A stretch of DNA of 64,000 bases. It comes from Anaerolineae bacterium (GTDB lineage Bacteria > Chloroflexota > Anaerolineae > Aggregatilineales > Phototrophicaceae). The position numbers were made by a program, and so were the translations under genes. Below, in pieces: positions 40,086-49,408 of this stretch (position 1 is the first letter of the stretch; the number at the start of each line of letters is the position of its first letter). The notes beneath the pieces are model-generated. The model did no database searches. It was not told the DNA's origin and saw nothing but the letters and a program-made list of their open reading frames with translations. The stretch lies in contig JAFLCG010000002.1 in the NCBI GenBank assembly GCA_017303635.1, positions 156,918-220,917 of the forward strand, read 5' to 3'.

Positions 40086-40538
40086 TCAATCCGCAGCTTG
40101 CAACTTGCGCCGGAGCGTGTGCCGGATCATCTCCGGGATGAGGTTGAAGGTCGCCAGCACCCGGATGGCAACTGAATCCGCACGCAGCCGTATAAGTGCC
40201 AGTAGCAAATTTTCCGTGCCGATGTAGCCCTTGTTCAGGGCGAGGGCTTCTTTGGCGGTAGCCTCGAGCATCTACCTTGTCTCCGGGCTGAGGTCCCGTT
40301 TGGTTGGTGGTTGGCTGGCAGGGGGTATTGCCGCTGCGATTGTAGCGGTGAGAGCAGTGGCCTCCTTCCAGGCTGAGGTCGGTTAACACACGAGCAGCGA
40401 TACCACCATTATTCCGCAACATCCCGATCAGGATATGCTCCGGGGCGATGGCACTATCCCTAGTTGATCAGCGGCGTTGGTGGCGTGGTTCAAAGCACAC
40501 TCGGCGCGGGCAGTAAAGCGATCAAGCGAGGGATACAC
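40086..40538 (-). pseudogene. Clp_N-domain protein gene disrupted by at least two frameshifts
   Basis: Three minus-strand frames read in series: (GTG 40538) MYPSLDRFTARAECALNHATNAADQLG, then DSAIAPEHILIGMLRNNGGIAARVLTDLSLEGG, then MLEATAKEALALNKGYIGTENLLLALIRLRADSVAIRVLATFNL. These are Clp_N repeats 1 and 2. Confidence 0.6.
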
Positions 40539-40581
40539 GGCGGGATAGCTCCATCATCCGCTATCGACTATCGACTAGCCA

Positions 40582-41025
40582 TTATCCCAGCGCCTCGTAC
40601 ATGGCCTCGATCTGGTCTTCGGAGATGGCGGTGTCATGCTGGCTGGCGATGACGGCGGCCAGACCGCTGAGGTTGAGCACGGCGGCGCGGGGGATGGCAC
40701 CCAGGCGCATGGATTGGTCGAGGTAGATGGCACCCAGTTCACCGACCGGGATGACCACGATGAAGCGCAGGTCGCGGAAGGTGGTGTTGGTGGTGAGGGC
40801 GGCGGCGGCGTCCTTGGAGACGTTGTTGGTGATGACCACCTCGCTGGATTCCAGCGCCTGCCGAGCCGCCTCGATGCCGACGAAGTGATTATCCAACAAG
40901 CCAACCTGGTCAATCTGATAGGAAGCAACAATCGCCAGTTCGGAATCCAGGGCCAGAGCGCGTTCAGCACCGGACTTCTGCACGGCCAGGCGCATAAAGT
41001 TCGTCAGCAGGGTTGTGGAGTCCAT
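40582..41025 (-). CDS. Small GAF-like domain protein (tentative)
   Basis: ATG at 41025 follows GAGGTG. About 147 aa with an alpha/beta pattern and LRFIVVIPVGELGAIYLD, resembling the GAF core. Assignment is weak. Confidence 0.4.
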   Translation of the reverse strand: MDSTTLLTNFMRLAVQKSGAERALALDSELAIVASYQIDQVGLLDNHFVGIEAARQALESSEVVITNNVSKDAAAALTTNTTFRDLRFIVVIPVGELGAIYLDQSMRLGAIPRAAVLNLSGLAAVIASQHDTAISEDQIEAMYEALG

Positions 41026-41243
41026 CGTTACGTCCACCTCATTTGCAGGCGCACAGCAGTACGCCTGTACATATCAGAACAGGGGTGTATAGCCTGCATT
41101 GTAATGCAAGATGGAATCGAAAGCGACAGGACTAGAGACCCGTTAGAATAGATCGTCGTGTAATCGTCGGTTAACAGATGTATTCAACGGGCGGACATGC
41201 CGCCGAAGACGGCGTTAGTCTGCCCCTACAGTGGGTGGTGCAT

Positions 41244-42539
41244 ATGACTTCTATTCCTCGACTCATTATTCTGGCGGGTGGAGCATCATCACGGATGTGG
41301 CCGCTGCGCGAGAAATCCTTACTGCGCTTTGGGCCGGAGCCGCTGCTGTTGACGCAACTGCGGCGCTACGCCGGGCTGGGATTGCGGGAGGTGGTGATCG
41401 TCGGCAATCCGGAGAATCAGGCGGAGATGGACGGGCTGGCAGCCGAGGCGAGCCAATCGACCGGGCTGCAGGTGCGGGTGGCGGTGCAGCCGGAGCCAAA
41501 GGGTATGGGTGATGCCCTGCTGCGGGCGGAACCGCTGCTGGCCGGGGATGGGCCGATCTTCATCATTCAGGTGCATGACGTGGTGGACGAGACGCTGCAC
41601 CGGGATTTGCTAGCGGCCTTTGCAGCCGATCCAACGGCGTCCTACCTGGCCGGGGTGGAGATGCAGCAGTATTTTCCGGGCGGGTACCTGATCGTCGAGG
41701 GGGATGGGCGCATTACCGGCATGGTGGAGAAGCCGGGGGCGGGCAACCAACCGAGCAACCTGGTCAACATTGTGGCGCATATCCATAGCCAGTCCGGGGT
41801 GCTGTTCGAGGCGATCCGGGCGGAGTATGCGCGGGATTTGCCGAGCGATGACCACTACGAACGGGCGATGGATGCCCTGATGAAGCGGCAGGTCTACCGG
41901 GTGGTGCCGTACAGCGGGGCGTGGAAGGCGTTGAAATTCCCGTGGCAGGTGCTGGACGTAATGGAGTACTTCCTGGGGCAGATCAAGGGACAGCACATCG
42001 ACCCAACAGCCTATATTCATCCGAATGCGGTCATCAACGGGGACGTCATCATCGGGCCGGGGGCGAAGGTCTTCACCGGGGCGGCGATTGCCGGGCCAGC
42101 CTATATCGGGGCGAAGACCATCGTCGGCAACAATGCGTTGGTGCGGCATTCGATGGTGCTGGATCGAGCGAACGTGGGCTTTACGACCGAGGTGGCACGG
42201 AGCTACGTGGCGGATGACTGCCAGATGCATGCCTGCCGGGTTTTGGACTCGGTTTTTGCGCCGAACGTCAATTTTTCGGCGGGGTGTACGACGGCCAACC
42301 TGCGGATCGACCGGGGGAATGTGCCGGTGTACGTGAAGGGGCAGAAGCTGGACAGCGGGCGGGATAAGCTGGGGGCGATCATCGGGCGGGATGCGTTCCT
42401 GGCGGTGGACGTGATGACCATGCCGGGAGTCAAGGTGGGCGAACGGGCACAGGTCGGGCCAGGGACGCATGTGCATCGGGATGTGAAGGATGGGGCGAGG
42501 GTGTGGGTGAAGCAGGAGTTGGGGATTGTGGAGGAGTAG
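41244..42539 (+). CDS. Sugar-phosphate nucleotidyltransferase with C-terminal left-handed beta-helix domain
   Basis: LAGGASSRMWPL (the G-x-G-x-R motif) and C-terminal hexapeptide repeats (INGDVIIGPGAKVFTGAAIAGPAYIGAKTIVGNNALV). Confidence 0.8.
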   Translation: MTSIPRLIILAGGASSRMWPLREKSLLRFGPEPLLLTQLRRYAGLGLREVVIVGNPENQAEMDGLAAEASQSTGLQVRVAVQPEPKGMGDALLRAEPLLAGDGPIFIIQVHDVVDETLHRDLLAAFAADPTASYLAGVEMQQYFPGGYLIVEGDGRITGMVEKPGAGNQPSNLVNIVAHIHSQSGVLFEAIRAEYARDLPSDDHYERAMDALMKRQVYRVVPYSGAWKALKFPWQVLDVMEYFLGQIKGQHIDPTAYIHPNAVINGDVIIGPGAKVFTGAAIAGPAYIGAKTIVGNNALVRHSMVLDRANVGFTTEVARSYVADDCQMHACRVLDSVFAPNVNFSAGCTTANLRIDRGNVPVYVKGQKLDSGRDKLGAIIGRDAFLAVDVMTMPGVKVGERAQVGPGTHVHRDVKDGARVWVKQELGIVEE

Positions 42540-42837
42540 TGAAGAAGTACACAGTTCACAGTCACAGTGAAGACAGAGAAGTGAAGAGTGAAGGAGTGAA
42601 AGCGTAGGGACGGGGTGGGGTGAGGAAGCGGGTGGCTGGGCGGTCATTGGTGACCGGCTTTACCATGAAGCGTAGAGGATTTATTACGGCGGGAAGGGGA
42701 AGGATTACCTGTTATGCAGGGAAATAACAGGTCATTTATTTCGTTATATTACGGATGGAGATGAGCGGCGGGAATGGGTGAGTCCGCTTATAATTGAGCG
42801 CATTCTAGCGACGAGTGAGGCAACCACCGGGGACTTC

Positions 42838-42912
42838 ATGGCGTACATCTTCATCAGCTATAGCAGCAAGGATCGGGTGTTGGTCAGCGAACGGGCAGAC
42901 GACAGTGATTGA
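42838..42912 (+). pseudogene. TIR-domain N-terminal remnant (24 codons, then stop)
   Basis: MAYIFISYSSKDRVLVSERADDSD*. (I/F)FISYSxxD is the canonical TIR_2 start. It lies out of frame just upstream of the FGE domain. Confidence 0.5.
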
Positions 42913-42949
42913 AGTGACTCCACCTTCCCCACCTGCTGCCGGGACGCGA

Positions 42950-43681
42950 ATGATCGACGACTACGGCATTCCGATGGTATATGTGCCAGCAGGGAAATTC
43001 ATGATGGGCAGCAAACTCGGCGAGGGCTTTGCTGATGAACGTCCTCAGCACGAGCAGGTTATCCGGCTAGGTTTCTGGCTGGATGTGACACCCGTGACCA
43101 ATGAGAGTTATGCCCGCTTTGTGGCAGCAGGCGGCTATCAGAACCAAGACTACTGGACGGAACCCGTTTGGACACGGATGCAACGGAGACAGAAGACGGG
43201 CCCATACGATTATTGGAGTTATCGTGACCCGCAGCTACCTCGCGGAGGTGTAACCTGGTTTGAAGCCCATGCCTACTGCAACTGGCGGTGTGGACGGCTA
43301 CCGACCGAAGCCGAATGGGAGTGGGCGGCGCGTGGGCCGGAAAATCGAGTGTATCCCTGGGGCAACGTCTTTGACAGCAGCAGGGTTATTTACAATGGCA
43401 ATTCCAGTAGCGAGAAAGCACCAGTGGGTGAGAGCATTCGCCAAGGAGCTGCTTCCTGGGTGGGTGCGCTGGATATGAGTGGCAATGTCTCTGAATGGTG
43501 TAGCAGTCTTTACCAGCCCTACCCGTTTGATGCTGAGGATGGTCGAGAGGATATATCAGACGAAACACATGATCGCGTGGTGCGTGGACGTTCGTGGGAT
43601 AGTCGCGGGATGGCTCGCGGCAGGAACGTCCCACATATCGAGTTCAATACACTCGGTTTTCGGTGTGCACGCTCTGCCTGA
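42950..43681 (+). CDS. Formylglycine-generating enzyme family (SUMF1/FGE-sulfatase domain) protein
   Basis: MVYVPAGKFMMGS...ERPQHEQ, VTWFEAHAYCNW, RLPTEAEWEWAARG, VVRGRSW and GFRCARS. The track ORF starts at 42815. Confidence 0.8.
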   Translation: MIDDYGIPMVYVPAGKFMMGSKLGEGFADERPQHEQVIRLGFWLDVTPVTNESYARFVAAGGYQNQDYWTEPVWTRMQRRQKTGPYDYWSYRDPQLPRGGVTWFEAHAYCNWRCGRLPTEAEWEWAARGPENRVYPWGNVFDSSRVIYNGNSSSEKAPVGESIRQGAASWVGALDMSGNVSEWCSSLYQPYPFDAEDGREDISDETHDRVVRGRSWDSRGMARGRNVPHIEFNTLGFRCARSA

Positions 43682-43702
43682 GCGTTGTGTGGGATAGTAC
43701 GC

Positions 43703-43916
43703 CGGACGGCATTCTTGCCGTCCCTACGAATGGATTGGTAGTCCGCCGCGCCGCCTCATCAACCCCATATCGCCGCGTGGTAGGATGCCCGTAGGGACGC
43801 GATTATTCGCGTCCGCCCGCCGCCCCATCAACCCCATATCGCCTGATGGTGACCGGCCCCGGACGGCAAGAATGCCGTCCCTACGGATGGGTAGGGACGC
43901 GATTGTTCGCGTCCGC
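43703..43916. repeat. BIME-like cluster of four REP hairpins in alternating orientation upstream of the RayT gene
   Basis: GGACGGCATTCTTGCCGTCCCTAC (43703-43726, inverted), GTAGGGACGCGATTATTCGCGTCC (43790-43813), GGACGGCAAGAATGCCGTCCCTAC (43860-43883, inverted) and GTAGGGACGCGATTGTTCGCGTCC (43890-43913). Confidence 0.8.
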
Positions 43917-43985
43917 CACGCCTCTCAATGCAATCGCCATCTGCAACGAATATACAATCGTATCAACGTTCAGGAGGACGCATGG

Positions 43986-44543
43986 ATGCAATCCCTTCCC
44001 CGGCGCAAATCCCCACGTCTGAAGGAATATGATTACCGTCAGGCTGGAGCCTATTTTGTGACCATCTGCACTGTCAAACGGCTGGAATTATTCGGCACGA
44101 TCAATGATGGGGTAATGGCTCTGTCACCCCTGGGTCAGATTGCCAGCGAAGAATTATTATCCTTGCCTGCCCGCTGGCAATCCATCGATCTGGATGCCTG
44201 TGTGGTCATGCCGAATCATGTTCACGCGATCATTGTGATCGAAGCCGATGCCCAGGACGGCATTCTTGCCGTCCCTACCGACCCATCCGTAGGGACGCGA
44301 TTATTCGCGTCCGCCGCAGACCCATCCGCCACGCCATCATTGGGAAGCATTGTCGGCAATTACAAAGCAGGTGTGACACGCTTCGCCCGATCTGCGAACC
44401 TTATTGATGATGCTCAATCGATCTGGCAAACCCGTTATCATGACCATATCATTCGGTCTGAAGGAAGTCTGAACCACATACGCGCTTATGTCGAACAGAA
44501 TCCGGCGCGGTGGTCAGAGGATACTTTCTATTCTGTAGTCTGA
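43986..44543 (+). mobile_element. REP-associated tyrosine transposase (RayT / IS200-like Y1 HUH transposase)
   Basis: ATG at 43986 follows AGGAGG. YDYRQAGAYFVTICT, HUH motif MPNHVHAII, WQTRYHDHIIRSEGSLNHIRAYVEQNPARW. Confidence 0.8.
44255..44315. repeat. REP doublet (inverted + direct) lying in frame inside the RayT coding sequence
   Basis: GGACGGCATTCTTGCCGTCCCTAC-cgacccatcc-GTAGGGACGCGATTATTCGCGTCCGCC. It encodes DGILAVPTDPSVGTRLFASA between the HUH and Tyr motifs. Confidence 0.8.
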
Positions 44544-44745
44544 ACACCATATTCTCCCGGCGCATATGCCGGGCACGAGCGCCGGTGCTTCCCGCCCATA
44601 CAAGCGAGCGAATACAGAATAGCGCCGCCAGTTCTGGTACCCTCACGGGGAACGATCTGGCGGCTCATTGTCAGCCGCTGCCGGCGGTGGAGATCAATCC
44701 GGAGGATGCGTATTGGGTTGATCCAGCGACGGTGGAGGAGATTTA

Positions 44746-45012
<267 letters not shown>

Positions 45013-45095
45013 CCATGCTGGACTGCACTGGCGCTGGACACCGGCCCCCATTCCCGTCATCATGAGGCGATACCCGCACCCCACCTCAGGATTGT

Positions 45096-46313
45096 GTGAT
45101 GCTCGCCTCCATCGCTGCCAACCTGCGCGATCTGCCCCGCGCCCTCACCCTGCCCGCGCTCCTCTCCGGCCTGCTGGTGATCGTGGTCGGTTCGGCCTCG
45201 TCGCTGGTGATCGTGTTCCAGGCCGCCAGCGCCGCCCAACTGGATGCTGACCATACTTCCTCGTGGGTGGTGGCGCTCATGCTCGGCTGTGCCTTTAGCT
45301 GCATCGTCATGAGCCTGTGGTTCCGCCAACCGGTGATCGCGGCCTGGTCGACCCCCGGCGTGGTGCTGCTGGTGGACAGCTTCAAGGTGGCGCTGGCGAC
45401 GCCCGGTTACAACTATGGCGATTATGTGGGGGCCTTCGCGGTCGCCTCGCTCGCCATCATCCTGCTCGGCGCGTCCGGGTTGTTCGGCTGGGTGATGGCG
45501 CGGGTGCCGACCTCGGTGGTCATGGGCATGCTGGCGGGCGTGCTGATCCGCTTCGGCTTCGGGCTGTTCAACGCCATCCCGGAAGATGCGGCGCTGGTGC
45601 TGGCGATGATCGCCGTCTTTTACCTGCTGCGTCGGCTAGAGTTCCGCGCCCCGACGGTGGGCGCGCTGGTGGTCGGGATCATCGTGGCGGCGCTGGGCAA
45701 TACCATCCATCTGGAAAGCCTGAATATCGCACTGGCGACGCCGGTCTATACCCCGCCCTCGCTGACTCTACAGACTCTACTGGGGGTGGCGCTGCCGCTG
45801 GCGGCGCTGGCCTTGACCGCGCAGAACGCGCCCGGTCAGGCCGTGCTGAAGAACGCGGGCTATAACCTGCCGATCAACGGGGCGCTGGTCGTGACCGGGT
45901 TGGCCTCGCTGCTGGGCGCGCCCTTCGGCGGGCATGGCATCACGCTGGCGGCGATCACCGCTACACTGGTGACCGGGCCGGAGTCGCACCCGGATAAGGA
46001 CTTGCGCTATGGGGCGGGTGTGGCAACCGGCCTCTGGTACCTGCTGCTGGGGATCTTCGGCGCGACGCTGGTCAGCGTCTTCACCGCGCTGCCGCATCCG
46101 CTGATCGCGGCGATTGCCGGGTTGGGTCTGCTGGGGGCGCTGAGTAGTTCGCTGGCGGCCTCGATGAGCGATCCGCAGTCGCGGGATGGCGGGTTGATCG
46201 CGCTGCTGTGTACGGCGGCGAACTTCACGCTGCTGGGGATCGGCGCGCCTTTCTGGGGGCTGGTCTTCGGCGTGGCAGTCGAGTGGGTGCTGCGGTGGCG
46301 GAAGAAGAATTAA
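45096..46313 (+). CDS. benE: Benzoate/H+ symporter family transporter (BenE)
   Basis: About 12 TM segments. The N-terminus LPALLSGLLVIVVGSASSLVIVFQAA...FRQPVIAAWSTPG is typical of BenE. Confidence 0.8.
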   Translation: MMLASIAANLRDLPRALTLPALLSGLLVIVVGSASSLVIVFQAASAAQLDADHTSSWVVALMLGCAFSCIVMSLWFRQPVIAAWSTPGVVLLVDSFKVALATPGYNYGDYVGAFAVASLAIILLGASGLFGWVMARVPTSVVMGMLAGVLIRFGFGLFNAIPEDAALVLAMIAVFYLLRRLEFRAPTVGALVVGIIVAALGNTIHLESLNIALATPVYTPPSLTLQTLLGVALPLAALALTAQNAPGQAVLKNAGYNLPINGALVVTGLASLLGAPFGGHGITLAAITATLVTGPESHPDKDLRYGAGVATGLWYLLLGIFGATLVSVFTALPHPLIAAIAGLGLLGALSSSLAASMSDPQSRDGGLIALLCTAANFTLLGIGAPFWGLVFGVAVEWVLRWRKKN

Positions 46314-46393
46314 TGCAAAGCGGCAAAGATGCAAAGGGGCAAAGCCTTCTTTCTTGCTATCAGCCATAAGCTATCAGCTATCGACTAACAACT

Positions 46394-47110
46394 ATGGACT
46401 ATCGACCGACACCAGACACCCCCCGCGCCGCCTTTCTGGCGGGTTTGCGGGATACGATTCCGCTGCTCGTTGGCGCGGCTCCCTTCGGCATCGTCTTCGG
46501 GGCGCTGGGGGTGAGCAACGGCCTCTCTGCCGGGGCGACCATGGGCTTTTCGCTGTTCGTCTTCGGCGGCGCATCGCAGGCGATTGCGTCCGGTCTGGTC
46601 AAGGCCGGGGCGGATATGACCATCATCATTCTGGCAACGTTGATGGTCAACCTGCGTCATGCGCTGTACAGCGCCACGCTGGCCCCTTACGTCAAAGGGC
46701 TGGGGCAGAAGTGGCTGCTGCCGCTGGGCTTCTGGCTGACGGATGAGACCTTTGTCATCACCGTCAAGTACTATCAGGAACACGCTGATTCGCCGCATAA
46801 ACACTGGTATCAACTGGCGTCCTCGCTGGCGATGTACATCAACTGGAATGCCTGCACCCTGCTGGGTCTGCTGATCGGCACCGCCATCCCCGATATGCGG
46901 CAGTGGGGCGCGGTGGCGATGACCGTGACCTTCATCGGCATGGTGGTACCGCTGTTGCAAACGCGCCCGATGGTGCTGGCGGGGATCGCAGCAGCCCTCA
47001 GCGCGGTGCTGCTCCAGGGTTTGCCGAATCTGCTGTGGCTGATGGTCGCTTCGCTGATCGGTGTGGCGGTGGGAGTGCTCGCGGAAAAAGCCCGGCCGCT
47101 TGACCGTTAG
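46394..47110 (+). CDS. azlC: AzlC family branched-chain amino-acid exporter subunit
   Basis: GLRDTIPLLVGAAPFGIVFGAL...FGGASQ...NLRHALYS. No azlD-like small ORF follows. Confidence 0.85.
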   Translation: MDYRPTPDTPRAAFLAGLRDTIPLLVGAAPFGIVFGALGVSNGLSAGATMGFSLFVFGGASQAIASGLVKAGADMTIIILATLMVNLRHALYSATLAPYVKGLGQKWLLPLGFWLTDETFVITVKYYQEHADSPHKHWYQLASSLAMYINWNACTLLGLLIGTAIPDMRQWGAVAMTVTFIGMVVPLLQTRPMVLAGIAAALSAVLLQGLPNLLWLMVASLIGVAVGVLAEKARPLDR

Positions 47111-47201
47111 CCCACTGTTAGGCTGCCCCCTTATTTTCAGATTCAACAGGTATCCTATCTGTACGATCTGGCCTATTCTCATCCATCGGTGAACCTGACT
47201 T

Positions 47202-48404
47202 ATGCGTATTCTGTTCATTGTTCCGTATATCCCTTCGCTGGTGCGGGTGCGCCCCTACAACTTCATCCATACGCTGCATCAACGTGGGCATGAACTGACG
47301 CTGGTTCTGCTCCAGCCACCGGGCGAACCGGATTCCACGCTGCCGCAACTGCGCGAATGGGCGAAAGAAGTCCATGTCGTTCCCCTGAAAAAGTCGCAGA
47401 TCATCCGCAATGGCCTGCGTGGTTTATTCCGGTCGCTGCCCTTGCAGGCCAGCTATTCCGAGTCGCCGGAGGCGGAGGCGCTCATCCGCGACCTGGTCAG
47501 CAAGAATCAGTACGATGTGGCCCACGTCGAGCATCTGCGGGGGTATATCCTGATCCGGGCGCTGGGCAATCTGCCGGTGGTCTGGGACACGGTAGACAGC
47601 ATCGCGCTGCTGTTCGAGAAGGTCATCCAGAGCGCGCCCAGCCTGAAAAGCCGCCTGATGGCCCTGCTCGACCTGAACCGCACCCGCCGCTTTGAAGGGC
47701 GCATCACCGACGAACTCAGCGAGATCGCCATTTGCAGCGATCTGGACAAGCGGCGCATGGTGGAACTGGGTGCGAACGCGGATCGGCTGACCTTTGTGCC
47801 GGGCTGCGTGGATGTGGACTACTTCAAGCCGATGCCGGAGATCCAGCGTGAACCGCGCACCCTGATCTTCAGCGGCAAGATGAGCTATCACGCCAATATC
47901 GCCGCTGTGCAGGATCTGGTCGAGAAGATTATGCCCCTGGTGTGGGCGCAGGAGCCGGAAACCAAGCTGCAGATTGTGGGCAAAGACCCCGGCCCAGAGA
48001 TTGTGGCGATGGGCGAGGCCGACAAGCGCATCGAAGTCACCGGCTTTGTGCCGGATATCCGCCCGTATCAGGCGAAAGCCACGATGGCGGTCTGCTATGT
48101 GCGCTACGGCGTCGGCCTGACCAACAAAACCATCGAGTCGATGGCGATGGGGACGCCGATTGTGGCTTCACCACATGCCGTATCCACCCTGAAAGATGAG
48201 TTCCGCCGCGAGGTGCTGGTGGGGGAAACGCCGGAACAGATCGCCGCGCATATCATCACCCTGCTGCGCGATCCGCAGCGGGCGGCAGCCATGGGAGTCG
48301 CGGGGCGGCAGTATGTGGAAGCCTACCAGCGCTGGGAATATGCGGCCTCGCTGCTGGAGCAGATGTATGCGCGGGCCAAACCGGCGCACCTGCGGGAAGC
48401 GTAG
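47202..48404 (+). CDS. GT4-family glycosyltransferase
   Basis: MRILFIVPYIPS...VRPYNFIHTLHQRGHELTL, and a C-terminal E-x7-E region (GLTNKTIESMAMGTPIV). Confidence 0.8.
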   Translation: MRILFIVPYIPSLVRVRPYNFIHTLHQRGHELTLVLLQPPGEPDSTLPQLREWAKEVHVVPLKKSQIIRNGLRGLFRSLPLQASYSESPEAEALIRDLVSKNQYDVAHVEHLRGYILIRALGNLPVVWDTVDSIALLFEKVIQSAPSLKSRLMALLDLNRTRRFEGRITDELSEIAICSDLDKRRMVELGANADRLTFVPGCVDVDYFKPMPEIQREPRTLIFSGKMSYHANIAAVQDLVEKIMPLVWAQEPETKLQIVGKDPGPEIVAMGEADKRIEVTGFVPDIRPYQAKATMAVCYVRYGVGLTNKTIESMAMGTPIVASPHAVSTLKDEFRREVLVGETPEQIAAHIITLLRDPQRAAAMGVAGRQYVEAYQRWEYAASLLEQMYARAKPAHLREA

Positions 48405-48464
48405 CGCCGGATCGCAGAGGGGGTATGCTACACTATGATGGCAAGACTGTGTGAGGATAAGCCC

Positions 48465-48830
48465 ATGTTGACTATCCAAATCCCTGAAGCAATCGAGCAA
48501 GAAGCCCGTCAGATTGCAAAGCGTACCCAACGCCCCATCGAGGTCATTATCACGCAACTGCTTGAGTTGGGCATCACTGAAGCACCGGTTAGTTCGCTCT
48601 CGGATAGCCGTGTTTTGGAGTTATGTGACCAAATGATGCCAGCTGATCAACAGGCTGAAATGAGTCGGCTGTTGGATCGCAATCAAAATGGAGAGATCAC
48701 CTCCGCAGAGCTGTTCCAACTTGATGAACTGCTGAATACTTATCAAAAAGGAACGCTGCGAAAAGCGGAGGCCTGGAAAGTCGCAGTTGCGCGTGGATTA
48801 CGTTCTCCAGTAAGCGAAAAGCCTGAGTAG
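48465..48830 (+). CDS. Hypothetical small protein, partner of the downstream HNH gene
   Basis: ATG at 48465 (MLTIQIPEAIEQEARQIAKRTQRPIEVIITQLLE, an RHH-like N-terminus). Stops 5 nt before the HNH ORF. AT-richer than the flanks. Confidence 0.55.
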   Translation: MLTIQIPEAIEQEARQIAKRTQRPIEVIITQLLELGITEAPVSSLSDSRVLELCDQMMPADQQAEMSRLLDRNQNGEITSAELFQLDELLNTYQKGTLRKAEAWKVAVARGLRSPVSEKPE

Positions 48831-48835
48831 TCCTC

Positions 48836-49270
48836 TTGAGCCGTGGCTATATTTCAATTGAAATTGAGCGTCGGGTAATGGCAGAGGCTCATTATCGTTG
48901 TGGTTATTGCCTCAGTCCGCAACACTTGGTCATGGCTGCGCTTGAGATCGAACACATCATCCCTCTTTCAAGAGGTGGCAGTGATGATGAAATAAATTTA
49001 TGGATTGCTTGCCCACTCTGTAATCGGCATAAAGGTCAACAGATAGAAGCAAATGATCCTCTGAGTGGTACTCTACAGTCGCTTTTTAATCCCCGGCTAC
49101 AATCTTGGTCGGAACATTTTGAATGGGATGACTCCGGAATTCGCATTTACGGTAAAACCCCTGTTGGTCGTGCCACAGTCATCGCCCTCAAACTCAATGA
49201 TGATCCTCGTTCACTCGCGGTACGGCTGCATTGGGTGCAGGCCGGTTGGCACCCGCCCAAAGATAAGTAA
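48836..49270 (+). CDS. HNH endonuclease
   Basis: YRCGYCLSP...EIEHIIPLSRGGSDDEINLWIACPLCNRHKG and LFNPRLQSWSEHFEW. TTG start at 48836, or ATG at 48878. Confidence 0.8.
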   Translation: MSRGYISIEIERRVMAEAHYRCGYCLSPQHLVMAALEIEHIIPLSRGGSDDEINLWIACPLCNRHKGQQIEANDPLSGTLQSLFNPRLQSWSEHFEWDDSGIRIYGKTPVGRATVIALKLNDDPRSLAVRLHWVQAGWHPPKDK

Positions 49271-49408
49271 TTCTGTTTCCTCTGCACTGAATAGTGCATA
49301 TCCCGCCCGGCAAGCGTAGGTTATCCGCCCGGACTTACGTCGTCTGCTGCCCTATCCTGAAAAGTAGCTACAATGATCTACAGGTACCGACTTGAAAGGA
49401 TATGTTTT

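Noticed and set aside
42603-42635. GTAGGGACGGGGTGGGGTGAGG, considered as another REP copy
   Set aside because: It shares the GTAGGGACG head but has no complementary arm, so at most it is a decayed fragment.
47111-47201. Missing azlD partner downstream of azlC
   Set aside because: The gap is only 91 nt and holds no hydrophobic small ORF. Absence alone is not informative, since azlD may be elsewhere.
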